Under the pieces are notes generated by a model. It saw only the letters and a list, made by a program, of their open reading frames with translations. It did no database searches and was not told where the DNA came from. The position numbers and the translations under genes were made by a program. From contig OY970325.1 in NCBI GenBank assembly GCA_963717145.1, positions 4,224,001 through 4,288,000 on the forward strand: a stretch of DNA of 64,000 nucleotides, in the 5' to 3' direction. Below, one piece after another: positions 20,667 to 29,254 of this stretch. This DNA comes from an uncultured Armatimonadetes bacterium (GTDB lineage: Bacteria > Armatimonadota > UBA5829 > DTJY01). Numbering within the stretch: position 1 is the stretch's first letter; every line of letters begins with the position of its first letter.

Positions 20667-23600
20667 CCTAGCGATCAAGCGACCTGTAGTCATATTGATG
20701 CTGTTCATGGCGCTCGCGGTTCTGGGCATCAAGTCCAGGTCCGAGATGCCGCTTGACCTGAACCCGAAGGTCGATCTGCCATATGTCGTCATCTCGACCG
20801 TTTACCCCGGCGCGGGCCCTGAAGAGATCGAGACACTCGTCTCCAAGCCGCTCGAGGATGCGATCGGATCGGTCAACGGCCTGAAGAACATCACGTCGAA
20901 TTCCCAGGAAGGCGTATCTATCGTCCAGTTGGAGTTCGAACTCGGGACGAACCTCGACGTGGCGATCTCAGACGTCCGAGGCAAAGTTGACGGCGCGCGG
21001 CGGGCTCTCCCTGATGATACCGACAGTCCTGTCATCCAGAAGATCGACGTCGGCGCGCAGCCGATCCTCTACATGGGCATATCGAGCAAGCGCCCTCCCC
21101 GCGAGCTGCGTGAACTCGTCGACGATGTCGTCAAGGACCGTCTGGGAAAGCTGAAGGGTGTGGCGTCGGTCAACGTTACCGGCGGCGAACAGCGTCAGAT
21201 CCAGGTCAACGTGGACAAGAACCGTCTGGAGGCTTACGGACTCTCGATCAGCCAGGTATCGCAGGCATTAACCGCGGGGAACCTCAACCTCCCGAGCGGA
21301 CGGATCAAGGAAGGCGGGCGGGAGTACGCCGTGCGGGCCGTCGGTGAATTCGCCAGCGTGGACGAGATCCGCAACCTCAAGATCAACGTTCCCGGAGTCG
21401 ACAAGGGGCCGAACCGCGTGCTGATGATCGGCGACATCGCCGAGGTCAAGGACAGCGTCGCCGAGCGCGAGGAGAACACGCGGCTCGAACGTCAGGACAG
21501 TGTGGGCATCACGGTCCAGAAGCAGTCGGACGCCAACACCGTCGATGTGGCCGATGCGGTCAAGAAGGAACTCGCCGGCATGGCGTCGATCCTCCCCGCC
21601 GACGTCAAGATCGCGATATCGATGGACCTGTCGAATAACGTAAGAGAGGCAATCGCTGACGTTAACACGAGTCTCTGGCTCGGGGCGCTCCTGGCGGTAC
21701 TGATCGTCTTCCTGTTCCTGCACAACCTCAGGGGTACATTCATCGTCGCGATCGCGATCCCGACATCCATCGTGGCGGCATTCATCCCGATCCGGTTCGC
21801 CGGCTTCACCATGAACACAATGGTCATGCTGGCGCTCTCACTGGCGGTCGGCATCCTTGTGGACGACTCGATCGTCGTATTGGAGAACATATACCGTCAC
21901 CTCCAGAAGGGAGAAGCGCCCGCCGAAGCAGCGCTCAACGGCCGGTCGGAGATCGGACTCGCGGCGATTACCATCACGATGGTCGATGTCGTCGTATTCC
22001 TGCCGATCGCGTTCATGGGCGGCATCGTCGGGCAGTTCTTCAAGCAGTTCGGCATCACCGTCGCGGCTGCGACCCTCTTCTCGCTCCTGGTGTCGTTCAC
22101 CCTGACGCCGATGCTCGCGTCCAGATGGTACCGCAAGCATGAGGATGTCGAGGCCAAGAAGGGCTTCTTCAAGAAGTTCGACGAGTTCTACCACATGCTC
22201 GATATCAGGTATCGCGGCGTGCTGTCCTGGGCGCTCCGTCACCGTTGGCAGGTGATCACGATGGGCTTTGTGCTGTTCATAGGAGTCATGATGACCGCGG
22301 GCCCGAAGCTCGGATTCGAGTTCTTCCCGCAGTCCGACCAGGGGCAGGTCGGCGTCACCGTCGAGATGCCCACCGGCACTTCCCTGGTGGCAACTGATGC
22401 CGTGGTCAGCCGCGTCGAGGACATCGTCGAGAAGATCCCCGAGGCGGAGCACGTCTTCACAAACGTCGGCTCGACTCACGGCGGCGGCATCATGAGCGGC
22501 GGCGCATCGGGCGCGAACTACGGCCAGATAACCGTCTCCCTCCATGAGAAGGAAAGCGTCATGGACCGTTTCCTTCGCCCGATCATGCGGGGCAAGCGCA
22601 AGAGAGTCCGTCTCGATACCGAGATCGCGGAAGAAGTCCGGGAGAAGGTGAAGAACATCGCTGGCGGACGCATCACGGTCACAGCGGTCTCCGGCATGGG
22701 AGGCGGCTGGTCACCCATCGATATCGAGCTTACCGGCGAGAACATGAATGAGATGAACGCCGTCGCGCAGAAGATCAAGGGCATCGTCGCCTCGACCGAG
22801 GGCACCTTGAACCCCGACGTGTCATGGAAGGTTGGAAAGCCTGAGATCCAGGCGACCGTCGATCGAGAACGCGCCGCCGAGCTGGGATTCACCGCGGGAC
22901 AGATCGCATCGGCTCTCCGCACGTCCATCGAAGGAAGCACCGACACTCACTACCGCGAGAACGGCAAGGAGTACGACATCCGGGTGCGCCTGAACGAGTT
23001 CGACCGCTATGACCTCTCGGATGTCGGGCGGGTGGTCGTTGGTGCGAACAACGGAATGCCGGTCTTCATGCAGGACGTTGCGAAGATCACGCCGGACACC
23101 GGCCCGACCAAGATCGAGCGTAAGAACAGGCAGAGGAAGGTGTCGGTCACGGCGGGAGTCCTGCCCGGGTATCCGCTCGGAAACGTGCAGAACGTGCTCA
23201 CGAAGAAGCTGGAGTCCGTTCCGATGGGCAACGTTCAGCTCCACTGGGGCGGGCAGGCGGAGATGATGAAGGAGAGCTTCGGGTACATGTTCGGCGCGAT
23301 GTTCCTTGCCATCCTGCTCGTCTACATGCTGATGGCGGCGCTCTTCGAGTCGCTGTTCAACCCGTTCATCATCATGTTCAGCCTACCGATGGCTCTCATC
23401 GGCGCGATCCTGGCACTCGTCATGACGGGCGAGACGATGAGCATCGTCGCGATGATCGGGTTCATCATGCTGATGGGCCTGGTCACCAAGAACGCGATCC
23501 TGCTGGTCGACTACACGAATACCCTCCGCGAGGAGGGAATGGACAGGCTGTCGGCGATCCTTCAGGCCGGACCGACGAGACTTCGTCCGATCCTGATGAC

Positions 23601-23847
23601 GACATTCGCGATGATCGGCGGCATGCTCCCTACCGCCTTGAAACTCGGACGTGGCTCGGAGACGCGCGCTCCGATGGCGATCGCGGTCATCGGCGGACTG
23701 ATCATCTCCACGATGCTGACGCTCATCGTGATTCCGACGTTGTATACCATCTTCGACGACGCGGTGACAAAGCTCCAGCGACGGAAGGACAGGCTTCTCG
23801 GCCGCTTCGCCGCTCCGTCCGAGCCGAGTGACTCACATGCGGACTAG
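20653..23847 (+). CDS. RND efflux transporter permease (AcrB family)
   Basis: AIKRPV, YPGAGPEEIE, GILVDDSIVVLENI, TKNAILLVD, RLRPILMT. Confidence 0.96.
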   Translation: MWLTNLAIKRPVVILMLFMALAVLGIKSRSEMPLDLNPKVDLPYVVISTVYPGAGPEEIETLVSKPLEDAIGSVNGLKNITSNSQEGVSIVQLEFELGTNLDVAISDVRGKVDGARRALPDDTDSPVIQKIDVGAQPILYMGISSKRPPRELRELVDDVVKDRLGKLKGVASVNVTGGEQRQIQVNVDKNRLEAYGLSISQVSQALTAGNLNLPSGRIKEGGREYAVRAVGEFASVDEIRNLKINVPGVDKGPNRVLMIGDIAEVKDSVAEREENTRLERQDSVGITVQKQSDANTVDVADAVKKELAGMASILPADVKIAISMDLSNNVREAIADVNTSLWLGALLAVLIVFLFLHNLRGTFIVAIAIPTSIVAAFIPIRFAGFTMNTMVMLALSLAVGILVDDSIVVLENIYRHLQKGEAPAEAALNGRSEIGLAAITITMVDVVVFLPIAFMGGIVGQFFKQFGITVAAATLFSLLVSFTLTPMLASRWYRKHEDVEAKKGFFKKFDEFYHMLDIRYRGVLSWALRHRWQVITMGFVLFIGVMMTAGPKLGFEFFPQSDQGQVGVTVEMPTGTSLVATDAVVSRVEDIVEKIPEAEHVFTNVGSTHGGGIMSGGASGANYGQITVSLHEKESVMDRFLRPIMRGKRKRVRLDTEIAEEVREKVKNIAGGRITVTAVSGMGGGWSPIDIELTGENMNEMNAVAQKIKGIVASTEGTLNPDVSWKVGKPEIQATVDRERAAELGFTAGQIASALRTSIEGSTDTHYRENGKEYDIRVRLNEFDRYDLSDVGRVVVGANNGMPVFMQDVAKITPDTGPTKIERKNRQRKVSVTAGVLPGYPLGNVQNVLTKKLESVPMGNVQLHWGGQAEMMKESFGYMFGAMFLAILLVYMLMAALFESLFNPFIIMFSLPMALIGAILALVMTGETMSIVAMIGFIMLMGLVTKNAILLVDYTNTLREEGMDRLSAILQAGPTRLRPILMTTFAMIGGMLPTALKLGRGSETRAPMAIAVIGGLIISTMLTLIVIPTLYTIFDDAVTKLQRRKDRLLGRFAAPSEPSDSHAD

Positions 23848-23892
23848 ATGAAAGCCGGGACGCGGAAAACGATGTTGGCGCGGGAAGACGAT

Positions 23893-23944
23893 GTTGGGGC
23901 GGGAGTGGAAGACGGTGTTGGGGCGGGAGTTGTACTCCCGCCCC
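23893..23944. repeat. Partial plus full GGAGTTGTACTCC palindrome
   Basis: gttggggcgggagt ... gttggggcgggagttgtactcccgcccc, between convergent genes. Confidence 0.75.
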
Positions 23945-23973
23945 TTCTTGTTACATGCGAGTCCGAGGGTCCA

Positions 23974-25158
23974 TCACGCCGCGAGGGCGACGATCCTGCC
24001 TGCCGAGAGCCTCTCTGCGACTTCGGCGACCATGCGAGCGACGACGCTGTCGGGTTGCAGAAGCACGAAGGGTTCACCACGTTTCTGAGCCGCGAGAAGG
24101 GCGTCCTCAGGGATCGTCGGCACTACGCCTATGACATCGAGTCCGAGTTGGCGGCTGATCTCAGAGACCGCCATCCCGGAGACCTGCCCCGGCCGATTGA
24201 CGACCAGGGCACCGACGCGATCCGTCGCCACTCCCCATGAGGCGAGCAGTCCCGATGCGGCAAGTCCCGCCGCGATGCAGATCGGATCCCCGGCGGTCAC
24301 CAGGACTATGTAATCGCACCGCTTCGCAACCGCCTGATTGCATGTCGATGGATGGTTGCACATCTCCACCAACACGTGGCTTGCCATGCCCGCAATGATG
24401 CCCATCGTCGCCTCCACCTGCTCCGGCTCCAGGTCATGGTACTCATCAACCGCTTGTGGGCCGTAGACTATGCGCAGACCCGATGAGTGGTTGGTAAGCA
24501 GCGCTCCGATCTCCCTGACGCCGATCTTGTCGGCCGGGACATCGGAGAGGCGGCTCAGGTTCTGGGTCTTTGCTCCTCCGAGCTGCGCCGAGAACGTGCC
24601 GTAGTGCGAGCGCATCTCAGCCGCGATCACCGACTTCCCCTGCGAGGCCAGCGCCGCCGCCAGGTTGAGGACCGCAGTCGTGGTCCCTACTCCACCCTTT
24701 GCGCCCATGAAGCCGATCAGCCTGCCGTGTTCGGCCAGATGCACAGGTATACGAGTCTGCGCGTTCTGCCGCACGATCGAGTAGCGGATCGAACGGGAGA
24801 GAGTCGCTCCATCCACCTGACCTTTGATCAAGTAGTCCTGTGCGCCCGCTTCGACCGCTTTGACTGCAAGCGTCTCGTCATGCAGCCCAGTGAGCACCAC
24901 GATGGGTACATCCGGGGCCGACTCATGGACGGCTGAAAAGGTACTGAATCCTGCGCTGTCCGGCAGACTCAGGTCCAGCAGTATGACCTCGAACGATCCG
25001 TCCTCCAGCAGCTTCAGCGCGCCGGCGAGGCTCTCAGCGTCCGCGAACTCCAAGTCATTCGCCGGCTCATCCCTGAGCAACTCCTTGAGCAAGCGCGCGT
25101 CTGCGGGATTGTCCTCGACCAGCAGGATTCGCATCGGTGTGATATCCATTGTATTCAT
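23974..25158 (-). CDS. Receiver domain fused to MinD/CpaE-like ATPase
   Basis: ILLVEDN..LLDLSLPD..GAQDYLIK, then GAKGGVGTTT deviant Walker A. Confidence 0.85.
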   Translation of the reverse strand: MNTMDITPMRILLVEDNPADARLLKELLRDEPANDLEFADAESLAGALKLLEDGSFEVILLDLSLPDSAGFSTFSAVHESAPDVPIVVLTGLHDETLAVKAVEAGAQDYLIKGQVDGATLSRSIRYSIVRQNAQTRIPVHLAEHGRLIGFMGAKGGVGTTTAVLNLAAALASQGKSVIAAEMRSHYGTFSAQLGGAKTQNLSRLSDVPADKIGVREIGALLTNHSSGLRIVYGPQAVDEYHDLEPEQVEATMGIIAGMASHVLVEMCNHPSTCNQAVAKRCDYIVLVTAGDPICIAAGLAASGLLASWGVATDRVGALVVNRPGQVSGMAVSEISRQLGLDVIGVVPTIPEDALLAAQKRGEPFVLLQPDSVVARMVAEVAERLSAGRIVALAA

Positions 25159-25604
25159 CCTTCCGGCAGCCTGACGACACCCAGCCAGAAATCCGCCAGC
25201 AGCTTGGTTATCCCCGTGAACTCAATGAAGTCCAGGGGCTTGGTTATGAAACAATTCGCGCCCAGGTTATATGTCATGCGGATATCTTCCTCGGCCTGCG
25301 AACTGGTCAAAATGATGACCGGAATGCGTTTGAGGCTGGGGTCGGACTTGATCTCCGACAGCACCTGTCGTCCGTCCTTCCGTGGCAGGTTCAGGTCGAG
25401 CAGAATCAGACTCGGCCGCGGGGCGCTTTCATACTCCCCGGTCCTGTGCAGAAACATCATTGCCTCTTCGCCGTCTGTTACAACGCTGATCTCCTCCACG
25501 ATATCCGTTCCCCTGAAAGCTTCCTTCATGAGGCGCACATCAGCCCCATTGTCCTCCACCAACAGCAGTACCTTGATGCCATGATCGGTGTGCGTCCGGA
25601 GCAT
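25155..25604 (-). CDS. Single-domain response regulator (Rcp1-like)
   Basis: LLVEDN.ADV, LILLDLNLPRKDG, IPVIILTSS, GANCFITKP, FWL. Confidence 0.92.
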   Translation of the reverse strand: MLRTHTDHGIKVLLLVEDNGADVRLMKEAFRGTDIVEEISVVTDGEEAMMFLHRTGEYESAPRPSLILLDLNLPRKDGRQVLSEIKSDPSLKRIPVIILTSSQAEEDIRMTYNLGANCFITKPLDFIEFTGITKLLADFWLGVVRLPEG

Positions 25605-25738
25605 TGTTCACCCTCCGCGGAAATGAGCATATCATAGTCAGAGGCGAATTCATACAATCACCACATACCCAGAATTCAATGATATTATGGCTGCTTCGGT
25701 GTGGTTCTCGATTGCGGGCTGGATGGCGAGGCTTCGTC

Positions 25739-26437
25739 TCAGGACTTGACGAAGAGCTGGTTCAGAACGTCCACGACGCCGGGGGTGAAACGTGCGATCG
25801 CTTCCGCCTGCTCGACCTGGCGGAACGCTTCGACTGTTCCGGTGAGCGAGACAACGCCGTCCTTCACCTTGAGATCGATACCCTGATCCTTGATGAGCGT
25901 ATTTCGCCGGAACCGACTGGTGATATCCATAGCTATCTGAGCGTCGGTCCGCTCGATGGTAGGCTTCACGGTGATATTGTTGCGGACATCGACGACACCG
26001 GTGGTGAGTCCCGTCAGGAATCCCGCGACCTGCTTGGGGTAGCTGCTCGGGAGAGTGCCGGTCAGCGTGACCACGCGGTCGGTGACGGCCAGCTTGATCT
26101 TGTCGGCGGTATCCTTGCCCAGGTTGGTCTTCAGGTCATCGCCAACGGCCTGCAATATCTCCCTGTCCGTGCGCGCCTCGGGAGGCAGTACCTTGACCCC
26201 GTCAACGACCTCCTTCACGCCGACGGTCCGACGGGCCATGTCGGCGGCGGTGCGTTTCTGGGCGAGGGTCGGCACTGTTCCCGCCAGCTTGACGATGCCC
26301 TTCTCGACCGTCATGGTGACCGGGATACCCTTGATGCGCTTCTGTATGACATCCTTGATCTGCGCGTCGGGCGACTGCGCGCAGAGCGATCCGGCGACCA
26401 GCGCGATCAGGATGATGAGTGCGATTGAGCGGACCAT
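25739..26437 (-). CDS. BON domain protein (three BON repeats)
   Basis: Signal peptide; three D..I...V..G.V.L.G....A....GV..V repeats. Confidence 0.9.
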   Translation of the reverse strand: MVRSIALIILIALVAGSLCAQSPDAQIKDVIQKRIKGIPVTMTVEKGIVKLAGTVPTLAQKRTAADMARRTVGVKEVVDGVKVLPPEARTDREILQAVGDDLKTNLGKDTADKIKLAVTDRVVTLTGTLPSSYPKQVAGFLTGLTTGVVDVRNNITVKPTIERTDAQIAMDITSRFRRNTLIKDQGIDLKVKDGVVSLTGTVEAFRQVEQAEAIARFTPGVVDVLNQLFVKS

Positions 26438-26494
26438 GAAACGCCTCCTGTCGAGTATGGTTTACCCGTCATGGAAGATAATGAAAAGTGCACC

Positions 26495-26590
26495 GTTCGG
26501 GAGGGAGTTGGACTCCCTCCCGCAAGACTACACCGGGAGTTGAACTCCCCCATCCAGGCCTGCGGGCGGGAGTCCAACTCCCTCCCGAAC
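26495..26590. repeat. 96-bp three-palindrome composite element (copy 1)
   Basis: gttcgggagggagttggactccctcccgcaagacta...gggagttgaactccc...gggagtccaactccctcccgaac; homolog at 35176-35271. Confidence 0.85.
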
Positions 26591-26624
26591 AGCGGTTCTC
26601 CCATTCCCCATCAACCATGAACCA

Positions 26625-27893
26625 TTAACCATCTCCCATCCCCCCCGCGATCCATCCGGTCGAGAACGCCGCCTGAAGGTTGAAGCCGCCCGTCGTGCCG
26701 TCGATGTCGATCACCTCGCCGCTGAAGAAGAGCCCCTTGACCAGCTTCGATTCCATCGTCTTGGGATCGATCTCCTTCGTGGAGACTCCGCCCGCGGTCA
26801 CGATCGCCTCCTCGGCCGGGCGCGCGCCGGTGATCGTGAACTTGTAGCCGAGCAGCATGTCGATGATCCGCTTGCGCTGGACGGCGGTGATCTTGTTGAG
26901 CGTGACATCGCCCGAGATGCGGCTGACCTCGGCGAAGACAGGGATCATCTTCCTGGGAAGCAATTCCGGCAGGTAGTTCATGTACTGGGTCGTGCGCGTA
27001 AAGTCGGCAAGGAGTCGAGCCTCGAGCTTTTCGCGGGTGAGGCCCGGCTTGAAGTCGATGCGGAGTTCGACGCTCGACTTGTCCTCGATCCTGGCGTAGA
27101 GCTTGCTGAGCGTCAGGATGATCGGCCCGGAGACGCCGGTGCTCGTGAAGAGCATCTCGCCCAACTCGCGGCCGACGCGCTTCCCGTTAGCATGGAGGGC
27201 CGCTTCCACGTTGCGAAGACTGAGCCCTTCCAGTCGCTCGACGTATCCCTCAGCGACATCGAGCGCCGAAAGCGACGGCACGGGCGGAATGATCGTGTGG
27301 CCGACCTCCGCCGCCATGCGGTATCCGTCGCCGGTCGAGCCGGTCGCGGGATAGGTGATCCCTCCCGTCGCCAGGATCACGGCATCGGCGCTCATCGTCC
27401 CGCCGAAGACATCGACGCCCTGGACGCGTGGGATTGCTGATCCGGATTCCGGATTCTGACTCCTGACTCCTGACTCCTGACTCCTTGCCAGTCCCTTCGC
27501 CGTCGTGCCCAGCCGTATATCCACCTTCAGCTCACGGAGCCAGCGTTCGAGCGCATCGGCGACATCGGACGCGCGGTCGGACTTCGGGAAGACTCGCCCT
27601 CCGCGTTCGACCTTCGTCGGGACGCCGAGTCGGTTGAGCAACTCGATCAGGTCGTTGTTGGAGAACCGGGAGAACGCGCCGTAGAGGAACTTGCCGGTCG
27701 GGCCGAATGCGGCGACGAACTCCTCGATAGCGGCGGTGTTGGTGAGGTTGCCGCGTCCCTTGCCGGTGATCCGGAGCTTCTTGCCGAGGACGCTGTTCCG
27801 CTCCAGCAGCACGACTTTCGCGCCGCACTCCGCCGCCCGCCCCGCCGCGAGCATCCCGCCCGCCCCACCACCGATGACGATTACTCTTGCCAC
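26625..27893 (-). CDS. HI0933/BaiN-family NAD(P)/FAD-dependent oxidoreductase
   Basis: IGGGAGG, GKKLRITGKGR.NLTN, GRVFP, GSTGDGY, VTAGGV, GGFNLQAAFSTG. Confidence 0.93.
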   Translation of the reverse strand: MARVIVIGGGAGGMLAAGRAAECGAKVVLLERNSVLGKKLRITGKGRGNLTNTAAIEEFVAAFGPTGKFLYGAFSRFSNNDLIELLNRLGVPTKVERGGRVFPKSDRASDVADALERWLRELKVDIRLGTTAKGLARSQESGVRSQNPESGSAIPRVQGVDVFGGTMSADAVILATGGITYPATGSTGDGYRMAAEVGHTIIPPVPSLSALDVAEGYVERLEGLSLRNVEAALHANGKRVGRELGEMLFTSTGVSGPIILTLSKLYARIEDKSSVELRIDFKPGLTREKLEARLLADFTRTTQYMNYLPELLPRKMIPVFAEVSRISGDVTLNKITAVQRKRIIDMLLGYKFTITGARPAEEAIVTAGGVSTKEIDPKTMESKLVKGLFFSGEVIDIDGTTGGFNLQAAFSTGWIAGGMGDG

Positions 27894-27946
27894 TATTCAC
27901 CTCAAGTCAGGATAACCACAGAGACACGGAGGACACGGAGAAAGGC

Positions 27947-29188
27947 TCAGCGATTCACTCCGGCCACGATGTCGCCCTTGCTGTCAGCATGGACCCGGTG
28001 CTGATACCCAGGTCCCATTGGCTCGTTCGGAGCGGGAACCACAACGACGGTCAGATGTGACCTCGATCTCGCAGTGTTGGTGCGAGGCGCTGGCTTCGTG
28101 GATATTGGTGTGCCTCCGTCGTCCACTCCGTCAGGGCCGATGCTGTATAGCATGTACCTTTCGCCTTCGATCCGGTAACGCAAGGGAGCATCGCCGGCGA
28201 ACGGGTCGTTCGGGACGGCGCTGAGGTAGTCCGGCACCAGATAGCTCAGGTCGTCGGGATATGCGCCGTGATCGAGCCAGTACGCACGGAGGGTGAGAGC
28301 CACCGCCAGAAATGCCTTCTGCGTCGCGCCGTTGTCCACTGCAACCCTTGGCTCGGACCGCGCGTCGAAGCCCATGTAGTACGTGATCAGTTTGCCCCTG
28401 ACTTCGGGCTGCTGCTGAGCCTTCGAGAAGGGCATCCGCGCGAGCGTGACCTGTGAATCCACATAACGCTCGTGGTCCAGGAACAGTGCCTCCCTATTCC
28501 TCGGAAGAAGGCGCATCATCGCACCCATGAACGCGAGCCATCCTTGATCCGTCGTGTACACGCCCGCGACTATGTACTTCCACAGGGGATTGAGGCAGTA
28601 CTGCAGGAGTTGACGGTGCTCTACTCTTCGCTCGTCCTCAATGGTCTCGGCGAACGACCAGCTTCTACGGTACGAACTCTCCGCCCGACGTGCCAGAGTC
28701 CTGGCGCTCTCGGCATCCAGTCGGTCAATGATCTCACCAGATTGCGAGAGTCCGATGGCTTCCACCGCTCGTCCGACTAACGAGTCTATCACCAATCCTC
28801 CGCGGGGCAGGTCTGAACCGAGGTGGATGGCATCCAGCAGGCTGCTCATCGCTCCAGCCGGATCACCCTCGGCGGATCGGAGTTCGGATTCCATCCGGAG
28901 GAGTTGCGCCAACCGTCTGCATCCAAACTTGGCCGTGATCTCGGAGTCCGAAGGCATCAGATCCGGCGGGACAAGGAATCCGGATGGTACCAGGAACTCG
29001 TGCTCGAACCCGCCCCGAAGCATCCGAAGCGCCTCTGAGTTCCGTTCGACGATCGACCGCTTCTCATCTACTGTGTACTCATCGGCTTCCTCGTCATGGG
29101 GCCTGGGAAGCGGGTCATCGGTGAGCAACTCATGTGCGGCGCGGTAGAAGTCAAATGCATTCGGTGATGGAACTGGTCGGTTGTCCAT
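27947..29188 (-). CDS. Hypothetical protein with pseudopilin-like C-terminal motif
   Basis: 413-aa ORF; LRAY..DHGAYP..L..LVPDYL..VPNDPF...LYSIGPDGVDDGG. Confidence 0.7.
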   Translation of the reverse strand: MDNRPVPSPNAFDFYRAAHELLTDDPLPRPHDEEADEYTVDEKRSIVERNSEALRMLRGGFEHEFLVPSGFLVPPDLMPSDSEITAKFGCRRLAQLLRMESELRSAEGDPAGAMSSLLDAIHLGSDLPRGGLVIDSLVGRAVEAIGLSQSGEIIDRLDAESARTLARRAESSYRRSWSFAETIEDERRVEHRQLLQYCLNPLWKYIVAGVYTTDQGWLAFMGAMMRLLPRNREALFLDHERYVDSQVTLARMPFSKAQQQPEVRGKLITYYMGFDARSEPRVAVDNGATQKAFLAVALTLRAYWLDHGAYPDDLSYLVPDYLSAVPNDPFAGDAPLRYRIEGERYMLYSIGPDGVDDGGTPISTKPAPRTNTARSRSHLTVVVVPAPNEPMGPGYQHRVHADSKGDIVAGVNR

Positions 29189-29254
29189 TATGGTTGATTC
29201 CTCCGAAACCCCGAGTACGAGTACGAGTAGGATTCACGACGGCGAGTGAAAGCC

